DNA of 64,000 nt from Nematocida ausubeli (taxonomy: Eukaryota). Location of the stretch: contig NW_026515640.1 in assembly GCF_000738915.1 (NCBI RefSeq), positions 1 to 64,000 on the forward strand, written 5' to 3'. The position numbers were made by a program, and so were the translations under genes. Position 1 is the first letter of the stretch, and the number at the start of each line of letters is the position of its first letter. A model generated the notes under the pieces. It saw only the letters and a list, made by a program, of their open reading frames with translations. It searched no databases and was not told the origin of the DNA. Positions 9,831-19,637 of the stretch are shown piece by piece.

Positions 9831-11159
9831 ATGAAACAAGCATACAAAATGCAGAATATGCAAAAGATAATGTTTTTAGTAGTAGCAATCAGCATGCTGT
9901 GGGCTTGTGGTGTGCTTGGAAAACCAATAGACCCTTCCAAGAAGTTAATAGTGGCTACAGAAACACCAAAAGAGGCCGGCACGTTTTTGTGGCTTGCACT
10001 GTGCAAGTTTGTTAAGCTTATGGCTATCATATGCGAGTCCATTGTTTCGTACAATATCATTCTTCTTGCTCTTGTTGCAAATGGTGGGAAGTTGCATGTT
10101 TTAATATGGCTGATGCAGATGTTCACACATGGTTACTACTGCGTAAACTATAAAGAGAATTATGACGTACTCTGCAAAGCGCATGAGAAAGAGAAAAACA
10201 CCATATACGATATTGAGACTGCTGACGGCAATAACAATGAGGAAATATCTGTATATGAACAGTATTGGTTGCTTGTGCGTGACAAGGGGTGTCCTTATAT
10301 ACATTATAATCCTGAAGATTACTTTAAGGATGGTAAGATACTTGTAGATCTAAAAGAAGAAAAAGCAAAAGCTAAATTGAATGAAAGCAAATGGATTGTT
10401 GTATTGCGAAGAAGTACGTATACTTTAATGCAGTTTATATTCTCACTTTCTCTATTCAAGTCTATGATCTTCGTGTTGATCTCTACAGCCATCTTATTGG
10501 ACATGTTTGTTTTGAACTATACAATAACAAGATGCATCAATGAGTGTGATTATCTCGGGCCTTCTTTGCTGAGTGGAATGAAGCAAGCAGTAATGTGTCT
10601 GCACGGGCCAGTGGGAACTACTCTGGTTGCGTGCCTTGCTTTCTTTGGTGAGACAATAGGCCAGTACTACAAAATATCTGAGCTCGAAGAATCAGATAAA
10701 AAGAAAGATCGCCTATACAAAAAAAACCGCTTAACCATGTCATACTTTTTTTTCAAAGGGATTTTGCTCTCTATAATCATATTCTTCAAAGTATATTCTC
10801 TGGTTGCATTTGTAGACCAGGTTGTATGGGCAATTCTTTCTCCAAAAGTGGGTGACTGGCTTATTGAGAAAAGCGTTAAAGGAGTAACGCCAAATGAGCT
10901 CAGAAAGAAACTACGCTCCAAGGCAAAGTATGAAGATGAAGAATTCTACAGTAAAATCATCCAAATCGGTGGGGTTGCTGTCTCTGTTTTCTTTTTGTTT
11001 TATGTATTGGCAGCCCTTTTTGGAATTCCACCTATGTCGTCATTTTTAAGCATCGCTCCCATAGATCCTGTATTAGTCAATGAAATGGCTTTAGTCGCTA
11101 AAAATACTGGTATAAAAGACAAAGTTGCAGCATATGTATATTCAAGATCTGCTGTTTAA
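9831..11159 (+). CDS. Lineage-specific multi-pass membrane protein with signal-like N-terminus
   Basis: 442 aa; IMFLVVAISMLWACGVLG followed by about 6 further hydrophobic segments; AAAATTTTTTT tract upstream of the ATG. Confidence 0.8.
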   Translation: MKQAYKMQNMQKIMFLVVAISMLWACGVLGKPIDPSKKLIVATETPKEAGTFLWLALCKFVKLMAIICESIVSYNIILLALVANGGKLHVLIWLMQMFTHGYYCVNYKENYDVLCKAHEKEKNTIYDIETADGNNNEEISVYEQYWLLVRDKGCPYIHYNPEDYFKDGKILVDLKEEKAKAKLNESKWIVVLRRSTYTLMQFIFSLSLFKSMIFVLISTAILLDMFVLNYTITRCINECDYLGPSLLSGMKQAVMCLHGPVGTTLVACLAFFGETIGQYYKISELEESDKKKDRLYKKNRLTMSYFFFKGILLSIIIFFKVYSLVAFVDQVVWAILSPKVGDWLIEKSVKGVTPNELRKKLRSKAKYEDEEFYSKIIQIGGVAVSVFFLFYVLAALFGIPPMSSFLSIAPIDPVLVNEMALVAKNTGIKDKVAAYVYSRSAV

Positions 11160-11777
11160 GCAATAGAATCTGTTCATGTATGCGCAATTTATTATAGACA
11201 AATAACATAGTAACCCTCAATAGATACAGAAGCGCTATCGCTTGTAATAGCAGCTTAATATACACAAATATAGATGAAGAACTTTTGTCTCTGTGGTAAA
11301 AGTATTTTCAACAAGTGGTTTTCTTTGAACTTGTTCTATATTTTGGGTTTTTGCAGAATTGTGTCTGATTTTATACGCAGAGTCAGATTCCCAAACAGAG
11401 ATAATCTCTCTGTAAGGACCACTTTATTTAGATTCTCCTGCAATAACAAGAAAGTTCTAGTGAAGTGGTAATTTTGCCACATATAGAATATAAAGTACAC
11501 ACTTATTTAAAATAAAATATATTTTTATGGATATTACTTGCTACACGTCAAAATCATCTTTATGCACGCCATATGCACTCTGGTCCCATAGGAAAATTAA
11601 ATCTTAGTATATATCCGAAAACTCCCCTCTTTAGATATTTTGAGCTTAATTTAGCTTTGATGTATTATCAAAATTAATAAACCAATCAATTTATGGCGTG
11701 TCATGTCAACAAACCCCATCACTTGCTATTATCGCTAATAAAATGTATATTGTCAGATTCTATGCAGAGCGTATAAA

Positions 11778-11859
11778 AATGTGCTTTTTTTCTTTTATTT
11801 ATAAACTCTATAGTTTAATCTTTGCATCTGTAGAGTTTTAAATAAAAGAAAAAACATTC
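11778..11859. repeat. Long imperfect inverted repeat (hairpin, about 27-bp stem, 14-nt loop)
   Basis: Left arm ttttttcttttatttataaactctatag, right arm ctgtagagttttaaataaaagaaaaaa. One bulge and one G-T pair; extends through aatgt/acatt. Confidence 0.8.
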
Positions 11860-12393
11860 AATTATGTAGAAAGCCATGCCCATGTCTTTATATACTGAAA
11901 AGTAGCACTTTCCAGAAGATTACATAAATATGCAGTATATTTCCTTGCATGGCCTGCACTCTATAGAAGAATAGTTTAACAAATAGCTCAGAATCTTATC
12001 GCTGATTTTCATGCTTTATATTGTATTATAAGCATGGATATAACCAGAATATAAAAAAGTAGAAGAAATCCAAGTTTAGTTTGGAAATGACCAATCGGCC
12101 TTGAGCAGACTAGATAGTTGGATGAAACATGTGTGATGGATCTGCCACGCGAAAGAAGCCCAGTATGCTTCCACTGACAGCATCTGGAAACACCAGATCA
12201 CTGCACATAATACCCACCAATTCGCATTACACATTAAACTCCGTATCTCTGCGCACTGCAGTAATATGAAGAGAGGGAATATATGACTTCCTCTTACATG
12301 ATTTCTTCGCAAAGACAAATGTACAAAACTTAGTATAATTTGCTTTATTTAGTATACTACTAGCTATTATCTATTTAAAAATAAAAATGCATA

Positions 12394-12957
12394 CTATACT
12401 TCCTGGTGGTCACCCGACACACTCCCTCCTGTCTTTATGTGCGAAATATATATTGAAAATATATACATGTACGCCACACAGGCTAATATGTTGATCAGTA
12501 TAATGAAACTCTTAAACATAAGAGTTGCTGAAACACCAGAAAGGAATAAAGTCACCACGATTGTTCCCAACAGACTTAGAGCCCGCAGGCCTAAGAAGGA
12601 GAGAAGCATAGTCCCCTTGTCTGTCAAATAGACAAATAGATCATGCCCAAAGCTTAAAAGATACAGAATCCCCAAAACTATTCCCCATGCGGACTTTGCA
12701 AAGCTGGCCATTGGATTCGTACTGAATAGCGCAATGCAAAGCGCATACGTAAAAACCCCCACAACTGCGTTTAAAATCAAGCTTATCAGCGCAACTTGCT
12801 TTGTAGAGACGCGATCATACTCTGTTGGAAGAAGCTTTCCCAGCTTGGAGTCTTTTATTTTCTGCACTTGCATGTGTGCCTGGTCATCTGTGGCTTTCAT
12901 CTTTTCTGCAACTGCCTTTGTCTTGCTGTTCTCATTGTTCTCAGTGTTTGAATTCAT
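12394..12957 (-). CDS. Hypothetical four-TM membrane protein
   Basis: 187 aa, hydrophilic N-terminus then 4 TM segments. ATG preceded by AATTTACCCCTT, matching the microsporidian AAATTT/CCC-like start context. Confidence 0.8.
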   Translation of the reverse strand: MNSNTENNENSKTKAVAEKMKATDDQAHMQVQKIKDSKLGKLLPTEYDRVSTKQVALISLILNAVVGVFTYALCIALFSTNPMASFAKSAWGIVLGILYLLSFGHDLFVYLTDKGTMLLSFLGLRALSLLGTIVVTLFLSGVSATLMFKSFIILINILACVAYMYIFSIYISHIKTGGSVSGDHQEV

Positions 12958-13026
12958 AAGGGGTAAATTATAGGATTCTTTATCTAGCTGAAGCTTACTG
13001 ATAATTGGATACTTTCGTCATGCATT

Positions 13027-13844
13027 CTATTGGATATTGAAAATCTCGGGGTACTCTCTGCGTGCATAAACAACTCTAGATTCTATCTTTTTTCTTCTCT
13101 GTATGAAAACAGGCTGGACTAGCCCATCAATAAGACACTTCCGAATTGATGTAATATAGAGCATATTAGCAAGGGAGAAGAAACAAATCACAGCAATTGG
13201 AATGTTGTCAAATGGAACAGCAAGTGGGTCACTTGCATTAAACTCAAATAAAAAGCGGAGAAACACAATTAGCAGAAGTGTTCCTATATTGATTATCATC
13301 AAATACATTGCATACATCATATTTGAAATGGTTATCTTGTAAAAACAGCATATGTACATGCACACTGCCACGATAATACACCATCCTGCAGTGAGCCCTC
13401 TGAATATGATGTTGTGCTTTCCCAAGAACAGAGAGTGCATGCCAACGCAAAGAGTACCGAGGATGTATACTAAATTAGCAATACAGAAGCGGTTTCTCCT
13501 TAGAAGAAATTTTAGAATCATTAGCCAAACACAGCGCGTGCTTACTAATATGAAACCATGGAAAATGCAGTTTCCATAACAAAGAGACAAGCGGTCTAAA
13601 TCTGCAGCGCATGCTTATATACAAATTCATATGCTTTCTGGCTAATAATTATTCCTTCTATGATACGCATAACCATCAATACAGTAGAATAAAATGCGCT
13701 AGAAAGAGCCTGCGAATTAAAAAGAAAATGAGTGTTACTAGTGCAGTCTGCTATGATGTAGCAAAATTCCAGTATATTATGGAAGAAGCACATAGAATAG
13801 AAGAACTGTTTCCGAAAGAGCACATTAGTGGGTATATCAGACAT
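13027..13844 (-). pseudogene. Probable single multi-pass membrane gene split by a frameshift near 13600-13614 (or two short genes)
   Basis: Hydrophobic ORF 13596..13844 (ATG MSDIPT). Second hydrophobic ORF 13027..13590, whose frame stays open up to about 13614 but has no ATG until 13521. The two frames overlap. Confidence 0.45.
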
Positions 13845-13863
13845 GCGCAAAGGAAGCAAATGA

Positions 13864-15639
13864 CTACTCCCAAAGTGATGAAAATGTATAGTCTATCTTG
13901 GCCCTCTTGGAAGAATTCTCATTGGAAGGCGTGATTTTTTGGGCCTCTGACACACTAGACTCCTCCTGGAGAATATCTGCGCCTGCTATGCCAGAAATTA
14001 CTGGCTCTTGCTTGGACATAAAGCAGTGGGGCCTGGTGTTTTCTTCTGCTGCTTCTTGGGGCAGTCTGCTGCATTCAGCAGGGCGCCTGTATACTTCTGA
14101 TTCCACAGCATGCACATCTCTCTCACTTTCTAGCGATACTTTTTTGCTAATTTCTACTTCGTGGCCATCCATACTTATGTTATAGATATTTTGGCGGTCT
14201 TCTATTTCCTTCATCTGCTCCTCCCGTGATATGTTTTCTAGGGCTGAGGCTCGTCCGTATGCAAATCTCTTCTCTATCTCCAAAACGGCTGGATTTATTT
14301 CCTTCTCAATATCCGTCCATCTGTGTGACTTTAGAACCTTCGCTACTTCTTGAACTATTTCATCATATCGGTGCGATATAACCATTTTATTCTCTCTGTC
14401 TATGCACTCCATGATGCTCTGCACGAATATGTCTTTGGAAAGAATCCGGACATCCTCTATGTCTAGCATAAACTGCGCATTGGCCTGCACAGGGCGCGGC
14501 TCACTTAGTCTTTTTGCCATGGGCTGCTTCTTCTTGTGGATAATCCTTAGCACATCCTTTGGATTTGCAACCCGGTCCGCAAACTCCTTCATGGTTCTTT
14601 TTGGGATAATTGTGTTGGATATTGCATCGTCAACCTCCACGCGCAGTCTCACAAGGGGTCTGTGCGCATTTCGATGGGCTTCCAGAATGGCCTGCATTTC
14701 AGACCGGATCTTCTCCTCTATATTGCTTTCCTTTGCAGTGATCGTTTTGAAGACCAGATGCCGCGGACTCATCATTAATATTGGCGTGCTGCTCCACCCA
14801 TCCTCGCGGATTTTAAGAAGAACGCAGTGCTTATCACTGCTTTCAGCCTTGCATAGGGAGGTCTGCACTGTAGACCCAGGCTGCAGCGTGTGAAACCCCA
14901 TTTTGTAGTTCTGCACGGGAATTGGCTCAGACTGGTGCATGTGCCCCCATATAACTAGATCCAGGTCTTTGCTAAGGAGCTCCTCTGGCACATAAGAGTT
15001 GATCCCTACACCGCACCGCGTCTGGTGAATGACCATCACACGCACACCCTTTGCAGCAGGAGCAAGTGTGATTCTTTCTTCAGCCAGAAGTTTTCTCATC
15101 GTTTCATCCCGAATTCCCCCCATTCCGTATAAGTTAAGCAAAGCCTCCCCTTTCTTCAGAATGATCGGGCTTATCACTGAACTTTCGTGCTTTCCACCCA
15201 TTCCGCCAAAATAGTTGATCAGCCCAGCCTCTGCAAATATATCCAGAGCAGTCACTCCTCGGTGCCCAGAAGGCTCGTCGTGGTTTCCGTTGATGGCAAA
15301 CACAGGCATCTGGATATTCATATTTGTGCTTTTGTAATTCACACTCCTCTGCTTCTTGTCAATATTCACAAAGTTCCCGTTTTCCAGGCACTCCATTCCT
15401 ATCGGCTGGTCGCCCATGATGTTTTTCTGCAGAATCTCCATTGTTCTGTATATTGTATACTTAGAGGGGCTTACTTCATGAAATAAATCCCCGCATATAA
15501 GAATGCAATCAGCCTGTGTCTCGCGAGCATGTGCAAAGACTTCTTCGAATGCCCGAAAGGAATCTTCTCCTCTAATGTGGTCTCTCTCTGCAAATCCCAG
15601 ATGGTTATCCGTGGTGACAAGAATCCGAAGCTCTTCCAT
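13864..15639 (-). CDS. MRE11: Double-strand break repair nuclease MRE11
   Basis: Phosphoesterase motifs TDNHLG, GDLFH, GNHD, WGHMH and QPGSTV; first ATG (MEELRILV) at 15639. Confidence 0.97.
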   Translation of the reverse strand: MEELRILVTTDNHLGFAERDHIRGEDSFRAFEEVFAHARETQADCILICGDLFHEVSPSKYTIYRTMEILQKNIMGDQPIGMECLENGNFVNIDKKQRSVNYKSTNMNIQMPVFAINGNHDEPSGHRGVTALDIFAEAGLINYFGGMGGKHESSVISPIILKKGEALLNLYGMGGIRDETMRKLLAEERITLAPAAKGVRVMVIHQTRCGVGINSYVPEELLSKDLDLVIWGHMHQSEPIPVQNYKMGFHTLQPGSTVQTSLCKAESSDKHCVLLKIREDGWSSTPILMMSPRHLVFKTITAKESNIEEKIRSEMQAILEAHRNAHRPLVRLRVEVDDAISNTIIPKRTMKEFADRVANPKDVLRIIHKKKQPMAKRLSEPRPVQANAQFMLDIEDVRILSKDIFVQSIMECIDRENKMVISHRYDEIVQEVAKVLKSHRWTDIEKEINPAVLEIEKRFAYGRASALENISREEQMKEIEDRQNIYNISMDGHEVEISKKVSLESERDVHAVESEVYRRPAECSRLPQEAAEENTRPHCFMSKQEPVISGIAGADILQEESSVSEAQKITPSNENSSKRAKIDYTFSSLWE

Positions 15640-16060
15640 TCTTTTCAGCAATAAAAGTAAAACTGACTATTTAAGTGACAGCCTGCAGACAGAAATAAAA
15701 GACAGAAATAAAAATATGTAATATATTAATAAACTACGAGACTTAGCAGTGACTATAGGCATTGCACAAGAGGCAATCAAGATTATCTATTTTAAACACA
15801 AAAATACCAGGTGTATTTGGTTTTTATGAATAGTTCTATTTAAATATACAAGCAAGAACTGCTGGGCATACTATACGTATATTTTAATTCTTCTAAGAAG
15901 ACATCATAGATGCCTTCATGCATCGTGCTGTTCTAGAGGGATTTATAAAACTAAAAACCAGAATATGTCTATATTCATACTACCACAGGAAGAGATGTAA
16001 AAGGATGTGAATGTAAAGTAGACAAGATAAATAGCATGTAATGAGACATAGTACTCTTTA

Positions 16061-16126
16061 TTCGGGTTATTTCGGGTTGTATTCAGGTTAGTTCGAGTTA
16101 TATTCCTTGTCTTCTATAACCCGAAT
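16061..16126. repeat. Cluster of 10-bp TTCGGGTTAT-like units plus one inverted TAACCCGA copy
   Basis: ttcgggttat ttcgggttgt attcaggtta gttcgagtta, then TAACCCGA at 16117-16124. Confidence 0.8.
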
Positions 16127-16284
16127 TAAATATTCATAGTAATAGTGTATTTAGTAATATTCAGTAAGGGATATTAGTAAGGTATATTAGTATATGCACT
16201 AGTAGACAACAGAAAGTGGCTTATAAATCCTTCTGTATATATTCGTTAATATATATTGAAAAATGATTTATTTTATTTCTAAAA

Positions 16285-18960
16285 ATGAGGTGTTCCGTTA
16301 TTTGGCTCAAGTCAGTTACCCTAATTAGTCTTCTACTGATGAATATGTGCAGAGCAGATATAACCCTAAGCGAAGTAGAATCTACACTGAATTTTGAAAT
16401 TGCAACAGATTCTTCTCAAGTAGTGATCAACCCAGAGGGCCCTCTTAACTTCCTCCGGGGATACATCTACCAGAGGATGGAGTGCATGTACAACAAAAGA
16501 TTCTTCTCACCACAGATTAACATAGAGTACGAATTAGAGGAATATGCAGTTGAATCTGTGACGAACACGGGATATCTGTACGTACGAGAAGAAAAAAGGG
16601 ACAGAGCGTATACAGCACAGTCCACTAATAAAATGGATGTGTACGCTGAGAAGTACCACAATCATCTGATTGAGCTGTTTCCATCACCGACTGGTGACAT
16701 AACAATAGAGACACGAGGGAACCAGTCTTTTGTTCAATTTCTCCGGGCAGAGACAACAGAGAAGCATGCATTGCAAATTCTAGCCATACTGCTCCTTTTC
16801 TCTGAGGGAGTGAATATTCCCATTAAAGTCACTAACACTGTACTAGAAGTCTATGAAAAAGACAAAAAAGACGAAATATACTTTAAAGTGCCCATGGCAG
16901 TCCCATGGCTGAACCCTGCAACAGACAAAGCAGAAACATTCCAACAGAAGAAAGTTAAGCAAATGATCAGCTTTTTCAAGGAGAATTCAGTCAATCGTGA
17001 AGTACTTAGCATGATGGTAGATGAGTGCTCATATGATGAGTTTGCCACAGGAAAGTTCCTGGACAGTCCCAAGTTCCTAATCCAGTCATACATATTTGGG
17101 TTCATTGACACAGCACAGCGTGCAATAGAGTTTATTCAGACTGTGCACGAAATGACAGAGAAGTACGCACCAAAAACAGAGGCAACAAGCAAAGACAACT
17201 CAGTATACAACAGACTGTTTAAGCCAGCTGGAACTATGGTGAATACAAGGTATATGCGCCTACTGAAAAAAAGTCAGCAGATTATGGCTAGGTATAAGGT
17301 CTTTCCATTTACAGACAAAACGCAGCTTCCTGCATACAAATCTGTCCCTTACTACACACGTAAAAACAAGTCGTTTTCTTTTAACAGATTGGAGAGATAC
17401 AGTAACTGTGTGGAGTGCATGATCCTTTCTCTCTTCTGCTGCCTCGCTTATGACCCAGCAAAGGGAATTTATCGGACAGACCACATGGGGCATGTCTCTG
17501 AAGAGCTTGAAGAATTCTTCTCTTTGAAGAACCAGCCGTTTGACACAACAAAGGATGAATTTCAGAGAAAGTGGTGCAAAGTTGTTGCTGACTTAAAAGA
17601 GCCTAGCATTGCATACTGCAGAAAAAGAAACGAGATAGACACAGGCCTCATAAATATGCTCATGGTTATTGCTGAAGTAATAAATGCCCCTAGAGAAGAA
17701 AAAGACAAAATACTTGGCTTTTCAGAGGAGTTAAAGGGGAAAATAAGTGGGTTAGACTATAAATTATACAATGAGATTAAAGAGTATACAAAGGCACTAG
17801 TTAAGCGCCTATCCAATACAGAAAATGTAGAAATACATTTCTCTGGGCTTAATAGAACTGTATATAATAACGGAAGATCTGATGTATCTGGACAGCTTAC
17901 TATTACATTTGAATACAAGTCCATTACGAATAGAATAGTCTTGGGTATAGAGCAAGGCCATGGTACTATTGACATGAAGCCAGCTATTATGAAAATCAAG
18001 GATGACCGAATAGAGAAAATGAATGAAATAGCAGACTACTGCTTCTGTAAAAATGAAGGAACATTTATTGAGAATCTGTTTGCTGCATACGTTGCGTATG
18101 AAATAAGAAAGATTGACAGCCCTCAGAAGACTGAAGAGTTTATGAAGGCGCAGGTGCGCAGGACCATACAGAACAACCACATAGACATAAATAGACTTCT
18201 ACTGATCAAGAAGATCCGTGACCTAGACTATAAGGCAGAGCTACTTACCTGCTACATCGCATACACCATGGACCAAAATCTATCCAAAACACACCCTGTT
18301 GTTCGTTTTACCTCCAACATACTAGGAAGCACAGAGCTGGATAACTGGGAGATTCAATTACGAATACTTTCTCCAATTGTCTTTGCAACAGAGTACAAAA
18401 AAAGAAGCGGTGCTACGAACTACCCAAGAATACAACTAACAGAGGATCTGCGCGCGCTTGTAGAGTTTCGCTCAAATCTTAAAAACTTCATTGGGTACAT
18501 TCTAGATTGCAATGTAGATATTTTTATGATATGGCTCAGAATGGTCATAAGCCAACTTGGCGCTGGAAAAGGCATGCACTCAAATCCACTGCTAATAGGT
18601 TCAGTGAATAGAAATATAACCCGGAAAATCTTCAAAGATGGAAGCATGGAGTATGCCAATGAGATTAATGAAATTTTCGGGAAAGCATACCCTGAATATG
18701 AAACTAAAATGAAGGACCGGATGCATTTTATATGGTTGACTTATTTATGTGCAGAGGAGAATCTAAATCTAGAGCTAATTAAGATAAACTTCCATGCAAT
18801 TTGCAACTACAAATTCATCTTAGAAAGATATATTTTTTGCATTGAGTCACGCCAAGTATGCCTCACTGCCATCCAAACTCTTGGTAAGCTAATGGATAAG
18901 TTATGCCACAGTGAAAGTGATATGGACAAAATTAACAGGCTCATAAATATACTTGGCTGA
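16285..18960 (+). CDS. Secreted protein of a Nematocida-type expanded gene family (NemLGF-like)
   Basis: 891 aa with a signal peptide (ISLLLMNMCRA-D). Blocks such as INPEGPLNFLRGYIY, YNKRFFSP and SNCVECMILSLFCCLAYDP are recalled as typical of Nematocida large-family proteins; the family name is from memory. Confidence 0.7.
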   Translation: MRCSVIWLKSVTLISLLLMNMCRADITLSEVESTLNFEIATDSSQVVINPEGPLNFLRGYIYQRMECMYNKRFFSPQINIEYELEEYAVESVTNTGYLYVREEKRDRAYTAQSTNKMDVYAEKYHNHLIELFPSPTGDITIETRGNQSFVQFLRAETTEKHALQILAILLLFSEGVNIPIKVTNTVLEVYEKDKKDEIYFKVPMAVPWLNPATDKAETFQQKKVKQMISFFKENSVNREVLSMMVDECSYDEFATGKFLDSPKFLIQSYIFGFIDTAQRAIEFIQTVHEMTEKYAPKTEATSKDNSVYNRLFKPAGTMVNTRYMRLLKKSQQIMARYKVFPFTDKTQLPAYKSVPYYTRKNKSFSFNRLERYSNCVECMILSLFCCLAYDPAKGIYRTDHMGHVSEELEEFFSLKNQPFDTTKDEFQRKWCKVVADLKEPSIAYCRKRNEIDTGLINMLMVIAEVINAPREEKDKILGFSEELKGKISGLDYKLYNEIKEYTKALVKRLSNTENVEIHFSGLNRTVYNNGRSDVSGQLTITFEYKSITNRIVLGIEQGHGTIDMKPAIMKIKDDRIEKMNEIADYCFCKNEGTFIENLFAAYVAYEIRKIDSPQKTEEFMKAQVRRTIQNNHIDINRLLLIKKIRDLDYKAELLTCYIAYTMDQNLSKTHPVVRFTSNILGSTELDNWEIQLRILSPIVFATEYKKRSGATNYPRIQLTEDLRALVEFRSNLKNFIGYILDCNVDIFMIWLRMVISQLGAGKGMHSNPLLIGSVNRNITRKIFKDGSMEYANEINEIFGKAYPEYETKMKDRMHFIWLTYLCAEENLNLELIKINFHAICNYKFILERYIFCIESRQVCLTAIQTLGKLMDKLCHSESDMDKINRLINILG

Positions 18961-19637
18961 AGATATTAAAGCACCCTCTCAGTTACCCCATAAATTCGAT
19001 TCCTTCATAGAGTATATTCCCATAGACAATAAATAACCCAACTATTTTTGCTCATTAAAAATAAAAGCCTTTCTCTTTATATTTCTTTAATTTTTCTGGC
19101 TACAGTCCCCTTTACTTACATATTTTTATAACCCAATATAATCCAAAATATTTTAGTTGTAGCAGAGTGTACGCCTTCAAATTTAAAATAAATTCTACTA
19201 TAAGAGAGAACACACAAGAAAGTGCACAAATACTCATGAAATCATTATGAAAGGTAAATAGGAAAATAGTTGTATATGAACATGACTAAGCAATATAGTG
19301 TATGCCAGAGCGAACAAAACAAATATTCTTTGTTATTCTGCAATATACATCTATTAAAGGCCATAGAGTATACAGTGCATACAAATATGATTAAGTCATC
19401 AACCAAAGGCAGTAGTCTAGACTATAGTGTATTGCAGAATATCAAAAAATACCCGATATAACCCGAAGTCTTCGTGTAAAATGCAATTGTATTAAGTTTA
19501 TACTACTTAGACAGCATATATATTTATTGTTTTCTTGCAATTTCTGAGTGAGATCTAATTACTGCAGATTCAGAAGTATAGCACAAAAATGCAGAGATAA
19601 ACCACACTATTACTAGACATATATGCAGTGCAGACCT

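Noticed and set aside
13611..13934. 107-aa plus-strand ORF overlapping the MRE11 3' end
   Set aside because: The opposite-strand hydrophobic ORF pair explains the region better; no motif support.
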